NCBI GenBank assembly: GCA_965238175.1
Contig: CBDEGZ010000003.1
Location: 3,200,001-3,264,000, forward strand
Direction: 5' to 3'
Length of the DNA: 64,000 nt
From: Gammaproteobacteria bacterium
Lineage (GTDB): Bacteria; Pseudomonadota; Gammaproteobacteria; CAJXQU01
Shown here in pieces: positions 1 through 8,473 of the stretch. The notes under the pieces are model-generated. The model did not search any database, was not told the DNA's origin, and was given only the letters and a program-made list of their open reading frames with translations. How positions within the stretch are numbered: position 1 is the stretch's first letter; every line of letters starts with the position of its first letter. The translations under genes were made by a program, and so were the position numbers.

Positions 1-548
1 CTGGAAATGGAGAATCAACCAGTGCCACTAAATTTGATCAAGTCATAATTCTGATCGGTCAGATAATGCGTCAGTTTGATCTGGTTGGAAGTATCAAGTT
101 AGTGCTGATCACAAATGGGAGCTATATCCAGCGTTCTCACGTACAAAAGGGCCTACAAACCATGGCTGAGCTGAATGGTGAAGTTTGGTTTAAACTGGAT
201 AGCGCAACCGAGTCAGGTATGAAAAATATTAATAGTATTAACCGCAGCATAAATAGCGTCATCACAAACCTCGACCGCGCAAGTCGACTATGTCCTACCT
301 GGTTACAAACTTGTATGTTCGAGAAAGATGGAGAAGCTCCCTTAGAAAAAGAGCAAAATGCATATCTTGGTTTTCTTGAACAAGTCCTTTCCAATAACAC
401 ACCTCTGAAAGGCATTCTGCTCTACGGACTTGCCCGCCCTTCACTTCAGCCTGAAGCTTTAACTCTCTCTACACTTGAACCTGCCTGGCTGGAAAATTTT
501 GCTGAACGAATCAGAAAACTATCTCTTCCAGTTAAAGTCAGTATTTAA
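1..548 (+). CDS. Radical SAM protein, 5'-truncated by window edge
   Basis: Frame is open from base 3 (GNGESTSA...), upstream of the tracked ATG at 66. GNGE(P/S)T, LITNGS and WFKLDS motifs fit an uncharacterised radical SAM family; the CxxxCxxC motif would lie outside the window. Confidence 0.7.
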   Translation, partial: GNGESTSATKFDQVIILIGQIMRQFDLVGSIKLVLITNGSYIQRSHVQKGLQTMAELNGEVWFKLDSATESGMKNINSINRSINSVITNLDRASRLCPTWLQTCMFEKDGEAPLEKEQNAYLGFLEQVLSNNTPLKGILLYGLARPSLQPEALTLSTLEPAWLENFAERIRKLSLPVKVSI

Positions 549-571
549 AAACACTCTAAACATTCAATTGT

Positions 572-587
572 TGGAACGATCTTTGCT
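572..587 (+). promoter_or_regulatory. Putative sigma-54 (-24/-12) promoter upstream of pilB
   Basis: TGGAACGATCTTTGCT matches TGGCAC-N5-TTGCW with one mismatch and exact GG-N10-GC spacing, about 185 bp before pilB. Confidence 0.55.
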
Positions 588-718
588 GTAACTTACGTAT
601 ACGTAATGGAGCCTCACGCACTGATCATTTTTGATGGTTTCATTCCTATAACGCTGACAATGAGTTAAAAAATAACTCAATTAACCTTATCTTATTGATT
701 TTCATGTAATTTTACAAC

Positions 719-727
719 TGTGGATAA
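719..727 (-). promoter_or_regulatory. Single consensus DnaA box (TTATCCACA)
   Basis: TGTGGATAA on the + strand in the pilB leader. It is isolated, so it may be chance. Confidence 0.3.
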
Positions 728-771
728 GGGAGAGTCGAATAACGAAACTGGGAACGGAAATTCTAAACTAG

Positions 772-2487
772 ATGACAGTTACAAAAAATAGAGTGAATTT
801 GGGTGGTCTTGCCAGAAAATTGATTCTGGAAAACCTTCTCGACGAAGAAAAAGCAATAAAAGCTCATCAAAAGGCTGTCGATGCAGGCAAACCTTTTGTC
901 GCCTATCTTGTGGAACACAAACTCGCCGATCCGAAAAGTATGGCAAAAGCAGCATCTGAAGAGTTTGGAGTTCCACTTCTTGATTTAGCAACTATCGAGC
1001 TGAGCAAAGAAACAACCGCCCTGGTATCCAACGAACTTATCGAAAAACATCGCGTACTACCTATATTCAAACGCGGCAACCGAATTTACCTCGCAGGATC
1101 AGATCCAACAAATATTCAGGCACTTGATGAGATCAAGTTTCACGTTGGTGTAAACACAGAAATGGTCGTTGTTGAGGAAGATAAACTAACACGTTTTATT
1201 GAAGAGGCGCTAGAAGAATCAGGCTCAGTCTTCGGAGACATGGAAGATGAAGAACTGCTCGATCTCGATAATCTCGAAGTTGCTGAGCACTCAGATAACG
1301 ATGATGGTGATTCGGATGTAGATGATGCACCCGTTGTTCGATTTGTTAATAAAATGCTTCTTGATGCGATCAAAAAAAGCGCATCTGATCTTCATTTTGA
1401 GCCTTATGAAAAAGCTTACCGTGTCCGTTTTCGTATAGACGGTGTTTTGCATGAATTCGCAAATCCTCCAAATAGCCTGGCCGGAAAAATCTCTGCACGT
1501 ATCAAGGTTATGTCCAGGCTGGATGTTTCCGAACGACGCGTACCTCAAGATGGTCGCATAAAACTTAAAATCTCAAAAAACAAATCAATTGATTTCAGGG
1601 TAAGTACCTGCCCCACTCTTTACGGCGAAAAAATTGTACTACGTATCCTTGATTCTGATAGCGCAAAATTAGGTATCGACGTTCTCGGTTATGATGATTT
1701 CCAGAAAGAAATTTTCCTCGAAAACCTGCAGAAACCTTATGGCATGTTTTTGGTTACTGGGCCAACAGGTAGTGGTAAAACGGTCTCCTTGTACACAGGG
1801 ATTAATATCCTTAACACTGAAGATGTAAATATTTCTACCGCAGAAGATCCTGTTGAGATTAACTTACCAGGCGTAAACCAGGTTCAAGTTGATGAAAAAA
1901 CGGGAATGACCTTTCCAAAAGCGCTAAAAGCCTTTTTACGACAAGATCCTGACATTATTCTTGTCGGTGAGATACGAGATCTAGAAACAGGCAATATCGC
2001 TGTTAAAGCAGCCCAAACTGGACATATGGTTATGTCAACCTTACATACAAATGATGGCCCTCAAACGCTGACACGTTTAAAAGACATGGGAATACCACCA
2101 TTCGCTGTGGCCACCACTATTAATATTATTGTTGCTCAGCGGCTCGCAAGACGGCTCTGCCCGCATTGCAAACAACCGATGGAGATCTCCAAGGATGCAT
2201 TAGTCTCTGAAGGCTTCTCAACACAAGCTGTTGATGAAGGGTTTACACCTTATGAAGCCATTGGTTGTGAACAATGTAGCAATGGATACAAAGGAAGAAC
2301 GGGTATCTATCAAGTTATGCCCATATCGGACGCTATGAAGAGATTAATAATGGACGAAGCAAATGCAGTAACTTTAGCCGATCAAGCCGCTAAAGAAGAG
2401 ATACCAGACATTCGTCATTCAGGACTTAAAAAGGTCCAGGATGGTATCACTAGCATGCAGGAAATTAATCGAGTCACTCTGGAATAA
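772..2487 (+). CDS. pilB: Type IV pilus assembly ATPase PilB
   Basis: Walker A GPTGSGKT, AEDPVE, LRQDPDIILVGEIRD, STLHTND, C-terminal CxxC pairs; followed by pilC and pilD. Confidence 0.97.
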   Translation: MTVTKNRVNLGGLARKLILENLLDEEKAIKAHQKAVDAGKPFVAYLVEHKLADPKSMAKAASEEFGVPLLDLATIELSKETTALVSNELIEKHRVLPIFKRGNRIYLAGSDPTNIQALDEIKFHVGVNTEMVVVEEDKLTRFIEEALEESGSVFGDMEDEELLDLDNLEVAEHSDNDDGDSDVDDAPVVRFVNKMLLDAIKKSASDLHFEPYEKAYRVRFRIDGVLHEFANPPNSLAGKISARIKVMSRLDVSERRVPQDGRIKLKISKNKSIDFRVSTCPTLYGEKIVLRILDSDSAKLGIDVLGYDDFQKEIFLENLQKPYGMFLVTGPTGSGKTVSLYTGINILNTEDVNISTAEDPVEINLPGVNQVQVDEKTGMTFPKALKAFLRQDPDIILVGEIRDLETGNIAVKAAQTGHMVMSTLHTNDGPQTLTRLKDMGIPPFAVATTINIIVAQRLARRLCPHCKQPMEISKDALVSEGFSTQAVDEGFTPYEAIGCEQCSNGYKGRTGIYQVMPISDAMKRLIMDEANAVTLADQAAKEEIPDIRHSGLKKVQDGITSMQEINRVTLE

Positions 2488-2503
2488 ATAAACAGGTAAC
2501 TAT

Positions 2504-3724
2504 ATGGCTACAGATACAGTAAAAAAATTCATGTTCACCTGGGAAGGAATGGACAAAAATGGCAAACGAGTCAAAGGCGAAATGAATGGCACCAGCGTTG
2601 CCTTGATCAATGCAACTTTGAGGCGACAAGGTGTCAACCCCTTAAAAGTCAAGAAAAAATCCAAACCGCTTTTTGAAAAAAGTGGTAAAAAAATTGTCAC
2701 CAAAGATATTGCCATCTTTAGCCGTCAGCTTTCGACAATGATGGCATCTGGCGTACCGCTGGTACAGTCTATTGATATTGCTGGACGTGGTCATGCCAAC
2801 TCAAAAATGCAGGATTTGCTAATGTCTCTTAAAGGTGATGTGGAAGCAGGTGGCACATTAACGGATGCATTGGCTAAACACCCTCTACACTTTAATGAGT
2901 TATATGTAAATTTGATCAATGCTGGTGAGCAATCCGGTAATCTTGAAGGTATGCTTAATGAGATTTCTGACTATCAAGAAAAAACCGAAGCATTAAAATC
3001 AAAAATTAAATCAGCACTTTTTTACCCAACTGCTGTTATTATCATGGCATTCGTTATTACGACGATATTGATGATTTTTGTAATTCCGCAATTTCAGGAT
3101 TTATTCAGTAATTTTGGTGCTGATCTGCCTGCCTTAACAGCGATGGTGATCAAAATATCTGAGTTCTTCCAGGCAAACTGGTACCTGATATTTGCCGTAA
3201 TTGGAGCCACAGTCTATGGAATGATTCAAGCAAAAAAACGCTCTCCAAAATTTGCACACTTTCTAGATCGAGTTTCATTACAAATTCCCGTCATCGGGGA
3301 TATTTTAGAAAAATCGGCTATCGCACGATTCTCAAGAACTCTGGCAACCATGTTCTCAGCAGGAACTCCTTTAGTTGAAGCAATGGAATCTGTTGCAGGA
3401 GCTTGTGGCAATATATTGTTCTATGACGCAACCATGATAATGCGTGATGAAGTGGCAACGGGTACGCAACTTCAACTTGCGATGCGCAATTCTGAATTAT
3501 TCCCAAGCATGGTTATTCAAATGGTCGCCATTGGTGAAGAATCTGGATCTGTTGATCACATGCTCAGTAAAGTTGCTGACTGGTATGAACAAGAAGTAGA
3601 TGATGCTGTTGAGGCTCTCACCAGCCTTCTGGAACCTATAATCATGGCGGTACTTGGGGTATTAATCGGCGGTATGGTGGTTGCAATGTACTTACCTATT
3701 TTCAAAATGGGCCAGGTTGTTTAA
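2504..3724 (+). CDS. pilC: Type IV pilus platform protein PilC (GspF family)
   Basis: FSRQLSTMMASGVPLVQS, AGEQSG, GEESG and AMYLPIF motifs; 406 aa. Confidence 0.97.
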   Translation: MATDTVKKFMFTWEGMDKNGKRVKGEMNGTSVALINATLRRQGVNPLKVKKKSKPLFEKSGKKIVTKDIAIFSRQLSTMMASGVPLVQSIDIAGRGHANSKMQDLLMSLKGDVEAGGTLTDALAKHPLHFNELYVNLINAGEQSGNLEGMLNEISDYQEKTEALKSKIKSALFYPTAVIIMAFVITTILMIFVIPQFQDLFSNFGADLPALTAMVIKISEFFQANWYLIFAVIGATVYGMIQAKKRSPKFAHFLDRVSLQIPVIGDILEKSAIARFSRTLATMFSAGTPLVEAMESVAGACGNILFYDATMIMRDEVATGTQLQLAMRNSELFPSMVIQMVAIGEESGSVDHMLSKVADWYEQEVDDAVEALTSLLEPIIMAVLGVLIGGMVVAMYLPIFKMGQVV

Positions 3725-3744
3725 AGTTAAATAAATCATTTAAA

Positions 3745-3770
3745 TTCTTCACCCTGACAAGGGTGAAGGA
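3745..3770 (+). other. Hairpin between pilC and pilD
   Basis: CTTCACCCT-GACA-AGGGTGAAG perfect 9-bp stem; no U-tract follows. Confidence 0.5.
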
Positions 3771-3782
3771 ACTACCTATAAT
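3754..3782 (+). promoter_or_regulatory. Putative sigma-70 promoter for pilD-coaE-zapD-yacG
   Basis: CTGACA-N17-TATAAT, ending 6 nt before the pilD ATG. Confidence 0.55.
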
Positions 3783-3788
3783 CCTGCA

Positions 3789-4664
3789 ATGTCTTTTGTC
3801 AGCCTTTTACAGACTAACCCAACTCTATTCATTCTTTTCGCTGGATTGATCGGATTAATTGTAGGCAGCTTTCTTAACGTTGTTATCTATCGTTTACCGA
3901 TCATGATGGAACGCGATTGGAAATCTCAATGTAGAGAATTACTCGACCAAACATGTCCAGAAGCTGAAAAAGAAAAAGAGGTCTTTAATCTTGCAAGCCC
4001 CAGATCAAAATGTCCTAAATGTGATCATGCCATAACGGCTGTCGAGAACATTCCAGTGATCAGCTATTTAATCCAAGCTGGAAGATGTAAAGGTTGTAGT
4101 GACAAAATTTCAGCTCGATATCCACTCGTCGAACTATTAACTGCCGTCCTGACTGCAGTTGTTGCTTGGCGCTTTGGCTTCGGCTGGGCGGCCTGGGGTG
4201 GCATTTTATTCACCTGGGCATTAATCGTACTGAGTGGGATTGATTTTGATACCCAGTTATTGCCCGACTCGATAACCTTACCGTTCTTATGGCTTGGTAT
4301 CGTTTTTAGCTTGTTTGCTACATTGACTGATCTACAATCCAGTGTTATTGGCGCTATGGCGGGTTATCTCTCACTCTGGTCAGTCTACTGGTTATTCAAA
4401 CTCGTCACAGGAAAGGAAGGTATGGGGTTCGGTGACTTCAAGCTATTAGGGATGATAGGTGCCTGGTTAGGATGGAAAGTGCTACCACTTACAATTATTC
4501 TCTCATCGGTGGCAGGAGCCATGATCGGAATTTCTCTGATATTATTTAAATCACATGGTCGTCAACAACCAATCCCGTTTGGCCCTTACCTTGCGATCGC
4601 TGGGTGGATTGCTTTATGCTGGGGACAAAATTTAATTGATGCCTACTTAAGGACGCTCTATTAG
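3789..4664 (+). CDS. pilD: Prepilin peptidase/N-methyltransferase PilD
   Basis: GSFLNVVIYRLP, two CxxC motifs, IDFDTQLLPD, GMGFGDFKL, PFGPYL. Confidence 0.97.
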   Translation: MSFVSLLQTNPTLFILFAGLIGLIVGSFLNVVIYRLPIMMERDWKSQCRELLDQTCPEAEKEKEVFNLASPRSKCPKCDHAITAVENIPVISYLIQAGRCKGCSDKISARYPLVELLTAVLTAVVAWRFGFGWAAWGGILFTWALIVLSGIDFDTQLLPDSITLPFLWLGIVFSLFATLTDLQSSVIGAMAGYLSLWSVYWLFKLVTGKEGMGFGDFKLLGMIGAWLGWKVLPLTIILSSVAGAMIGISLILFKSHGRQQPIPFGPYLAIAGWIALCWGQNLIDAYLRTLY

Positions 4665-5302
4665 TGACTCAAACTGACCTTTCCCAACCTTTACGTATTG
4701 GATTAACGGGTGGGATTGGCTCTGGTAAAACCACAATAAGCAACCTGTTTGCCGAACTTGGTATTAGTATTATTGATGCTGATGTTATAGCGCATGAAAT
4801 CATCCAACCTGATCGACAAGCTCACACAGAAATTTTGGATCTGTTTGGATCAAATATTCTGTTAGAAAATAGAGAAATTGATCGCAAAAAATTACGCCAA
4901 CTCGTTTTCAATGATCAAAAAAAATTAGATCAACTGGAAAAAATCACTCATCCTCGTATTATTAGCTATATGTGCGAACAAGTGGCTCAAACAACATCAC
5001 CCTATTGCATCCTGAGTATTCCTTTGCTGTTAGAAAAAGGACTTGAAAATGATGTTGATCGAGTTTTAATCGTAGATATCCCTGCTGACATACAAAACAA
5101 GCGCGTCGCGAACAGGGATAATATCAGCCAAAAGGAAGTGGAAAATATCATGAAGCACCAAATAACAAGAGAAAAACGACTGCTAAGTGCCGATGATATA
5201 ATACAAAACGAAGGAAATATATCGGAACTTCAATCTCAAGTACAAAACTTACATCTCAAATATTTAGCATTATCCTCACTTCGCGAATCTATAAATGAAT
5301 AA
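4664..5302 (+). CDS. coaE: Dephospho-CoA kinase
   Basis: IGLTGGIGSGKTT, IDAD, ITHP motifs; conserved position after pilD; GTG start. Confidence 0.95.
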   Translation: MTQTDLSQPLRIGLTGGIGSGKTTISNLFAELGISIIDADVIAHEIIQPDRQAHTEILDLFGSNILLENREIDRKKLRQLVFNDQKKLDQLEKITHPRIISYMCEQVAQTTSPYCILSIPLLLEKGLENDVDRVLIVDIPADIQNKRVANRDNISQKEVENIMKHQITREKRLLSADDIIQNEGNISELQSQVQNLHLKYLALSSLRESINE

Positions 5303-6113
5303 GGACATCGACACTACCGAATCACAATTTGGACTATTCTCAGACGTTCAAGACAAAGCAATTTATGAATTGCCACTCAATGAGCGTATTAGAAACTTTT
5401 TACGGCTCGAATTTTTATTCCAGCTTGTTAACTATTCCCTTTCTAAATCAGAGGAGTGGGATAATCGCCAGTGTGTCTCAAATCTGATTGATATTAGTGA
5501 ATTACTCAACCGAACCGATATAAAAGCAGAACTCTATAAAGAGTTGGATAAACACATTAATCTCCTGAGGTCTTTACAAAAGAATCCTCAGGTAGATGAC
5601 GAAATTCTTAATGAAATGCTACACAAACTCCAGGATTCTCACCTCCAGTTAACAAACCCCTCATATCATCCAGGAAAAAATATGAAAGAGGATGAATTGA
5701 TCTCATCGATTAAACAACGACTGTCTATCGCAGGTGGTGCCTGTAATTTTGATCTACCCTCTTATCACCATTGGTTAACTAAGAACTCTAGTGAGAGAAA
5801 GTTTCAGTTGAATCAATGGTTTGATGATCTTAAATACATGAAAAATGCAATAAGTCTTGTATTGAACTTATTGAGAACAGGTAGTGAAGCAACTAAAGAG
5901 TCAGCAACAGATGGCTTCTTTCAGTACTCGCTGGAAAAAAATAAACCCATTCAACTAATCCGAATTTTGATGCCGATAGGAACCACTTCATTCCCCGAAA
6001 TAAGTGGCGGTAAACATCGTTTTTCTGTTCGTTTTCTTGAGCAACACACTACACGAGAACGACCAACACAGATCGGGCATAATATTGATTTTGAACTTCA
6101 ATGTTGTAATTAA
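5295..6113 (+). CDS. zapD: Cell division protein ZapD
   Basis: YELPLNERIRNFLRLEFLF, IKQRLSIAGGACNFDLPSYHHWL, PEISGGKHRFSVRF. Confidence 0.95.
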   Translation: MNKDIDTTESQFGLFSDVQDKAIYELPLNERIRNFLRLEFLFQLVNYSLSKSEEWDNRQCVSNLIDISELLNRTDIKAELYKELDKHINLLRSLQKNPQVDDEILNEMLHKLQDSHLQLTNPSYHPGKNMKEDELISSIKQRLSIAGGACNFDLPSYHHWLTKNSSERKFQLNQWFDDLKYMKNAISLVLNLLRTGSEATKESATDGFFQYSLEKNKPIQLIRILMPIGTTSFPEISGGKHRFSVRFLEQHTTRERPTQIGHNIDFELQCCN

Positions 6114-6128
6114 TGAGTGAGCGGCCTA

Positions 6129-6317
6129 ATGAGTAAAAAAAATCTATGCCCAACCTGCAAAAAGCCAATAGACAATCTTGAAGATAAGAAGGCACTTCCT
6201 TTCTGTACTGAACGCTGTAAGTTAATCGATTTTGGTGGTTGGATGAACGGCAGTCATGCTATTCCTGGAGAAGAAGTCATCATCATCCCAGACGAAGATG
6301 ACATGCTGCATCACTAA
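6129..6317 (+). CDS. yacG: DNA gyrase inhibitor YacG
   Basis: CPTC...PFCTERCKLIDFGGW zinc finger; ATG at 6129 preferred over the track start 6117. Confidence 0.92.
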   Translation: MSKKNLCPTCKKPIDNLEDKKALPFCTERCKLIDFGGWMNGSHAIPGEEVIIIPDEDDMLHH

Positions 6318-6348
6318 CTCTTACACCTCATCTCTTAAAGACTTTCTC

Positions 6349-7314
6349 TCAGTTCCAACCAGATCTGATCATTGCAACACCTTGTGCTCCATGCTGCCAT
6401 GCAATTTGTAGATCACCATCACTCAATCCACCCAATGCATAAACCGGAATATTAATTTTCTCGATCAATTGTTCAAATTGATTAAAGCCGAGAGGTTCAA
6501 CTTCTGAATGTGAGAGTGTCTTCTTAATTGGTGACAATACAGCAAAATCAAGATCTAATTTATCAGCATGTTTTAGTTCTTCCACGTTATGGCAAGAAGC
6601 TCCGATCAGAAATTCGGTATTTAACGGCCTTTCTTTGAACGAAAGTAAACGCTTACTTGTTAGATGAATACCGTCAGCACTGAACCTTAAAGCATCATCC
6701 AGATCACCATTAATTAGCCATTTAGCCTGATATTTCTCACAAAGCGTTTTGAGAAGCTTTGAAATCTGATCAATTCTTTCTGGACTACTTTCTTTTGCAC
6801 GAAGTTGAAAAAGTTTCACACCACGAGCCAGACAAGCTTCTACGCGAACCAGAAAACCCTCAATATCTCGTCCAGGTTCAGGACTGATTTGATAGACAGA
6901 AGGTAAACTTAATGCCGTAATAATCGGCAGATCTGCAGCTGGAAATTGATACTCTTGCAACACTTTCTGATCAAGCCACTTTATTTCTTGCCCCTCCAAT
7001 CCCATCGCTTTACCTGTCCATTCGCTAACCAACCAGGTATCAAGCTTGACGGTTTTCTCGGGATAATCATGAATAATTTTGATCAACTGACGAGCAGATT
7101 GTATCTGTATGCCTATCTCTTCTATCAACTCACGTTGCAATGCGGTAAAGACAGGTTCACCCTCTTCTAACTTACCCCCGGGGAATTCCCATAAACCTTC
7201 AAGATGAACACCTTTGGGACGACGAGCAACTAAGACCTTACGCTCAGCATTGATCACACAGGCGACAGCTACATGCGTAACTTCAGGTTCTATATTCTGC
7301 GTTGATCCGGACAT
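6349..7314 (-). CDS. mutT: Nudix 8-oxo-dGTPase MutT fused to a thiamine-phosphate-synthase-like domain
   Basis: Nudix box WEFPGGKLEEGE...RELIEEIG; C-terminal QLRAK, DGIHL, ASCH, PVYALGG. Start uncertain (ATG 7314 or 7320, overlapping argJ). Confidence 0.9.
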   Translation of the reverse strand: MSGSTQNIEPEVTHVAVACVINAERKVLVARRPKGVHLEGLWEFPGGKLEEGEPVFTALQRELIEEIGIQIQSARQLIKIIHDYPEKTVKLDTWLVSEWTGKAMGLEGQEIKWLDQKVLQEYQFPAADLPIITALSLPSVYQISPEPGRDIEGFLVRVEACLARGVKLFQLRAKESSPERIDQISKLLKTLCEKYQAKWLINGDLDDALRFSADGIHLTSKRLLSFKERPLNTEFLIGASCHNVEELKHADKLDLDFAVLSPIKKTLSHSEVEPLGFNQFEQLIEKINIPVYALGGLSDGDLQIAWQHGAQGVAMIRSGWN

Positions 7315-8473
7315 ATTCATAGGATAAGTCACAAGTCCAAACCGTATCGGTGGCATCACCTCTACCTAGATCAACTTTTATTGTGATCTCATTTTTTTTC
7401 ATTACTGAAGCACCTTGTTTTTCAGTATACGTTTCTGCAGGCTCACCATTTTTAATTAAGTGCACGTCATCAAGCTTTATCGCAATTTTACTGATCTCCA
7501 ACAGTTCCACATCTGCCCGACCTATCGCTGCAAGTAATCTACCCCAATTAGGATCAGAGGCAAAAAATGCCGTTTTAACAAGCGGTGAATGTGCAATACA
7601 GTAGCCTATTTCACGACACTCTTTATCGGTCTTTCCGCCCGAAATTTCAATGGAAATAAACTTTGTAGCACCTTCGCCATCCTTTACAATTGCATGTGCA
7701 AGTTTAATAAAAACTTCATCTACTGCTTTTTGGAACAGATCGAAATCATCATCCTTAACCTCAACATCCGATTTTCCAGTTGCGATCAAAACACAAGCAT
7801 CATTAGTAGAAGTATCACCGTCAACAGTTATACGATTAAAACTCTTATCCACCGATTCTTGTAAACACTGCTGCAATAATTCTGTTTCCACATCTGCATC
7901 CGTAGCGACATACGCCAACATTGTCGCCATGTTTGGCCGGATCATGCCTGATCCTTTCGCCATACCGACAATTGTGATTTTCTTTCCGTTAATCTCAAAT
8001 TGCAAACTAGCTCTCTTTTCACAAGTATCTGTGGTCATAATAGCTTGAGATGCAGCTTCCCAATTATCAGCTTTAAGATTTTCTAATGCGGTTGAAATTG
8101 CAGGCTCAATTAAATTTATTGGAAGTCGTTCACCAATAACACCGGTCGAAAAAGGCAAGATGGAATTTTTATCACACGACACACAGTCTGCCAACATTTG
8201 ACAGGTATCCAAACAATCCTGATGACCTAAAACACCTGTTCCAGCATTCGCATTACCAGAATTTATCAGCAAATATTTCGTTTGAGTTTCTAACAGATGT
8301 TGTTTTGCAATCGTAACGGGAGCTGCACAAAATGCATTTTGGGTAAAAACACTGACAACCCTACTACCCTCGCAAATCTCTATTACCGCAAGATCATCAC
8401 GCTCGGTTTGGCGTATCCCTGCACTGGCCGTTCCAAGCTTTACACCTTCGATCAACTCACTTTTCCGTGACAC
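7283..8473 (-). CDS. argJ: Bifunctional ornithine acetyltransferase ArgJ
   Basis: [45 protein letters not shown]. Start likely GTG 8473 or TTG 8455. Confidence 0.96.
   Translation of the reverse strand: MSRKSELIEGVKLGTASAGIRQTERDDLAVIEICEGSRVVSVFTQNAFCAAPVTIAKQHLLETQTKYLLINSGNANAGTGVLGHQDCLDTCQMLADCVSCDKNSILPFSTGVIGERLPINLIEPAISTALENLKADNWEAASQAIMTTDTCEKRASLQFEINGKKITIVGMAKGSGMIRPNMATMLAYVATDADVETELLQQCLQESVDKSFNRITVDGDTSTNDACVLIATGKSDVEVKDDDFDLFQKAVDEVFIKLAHAIVKDGEGATKFISIEISGGKTDKECREIGYCIAHSPLVKTAFFASDPNWGRLLAAIGRADVELLEISKIAIKLDDVHLIKNGEPAETYTEKQGASVMKKNEITIKVDLGRGDATDTVWTCDLSYEYVRINAEYRT

Noticed and set aside
700-730. Possible replication origin suggested by a DnaA box and IHF-like site
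   Set aside because: Only one DnaA box, no DUE repeats and no dnaA/gidA context.
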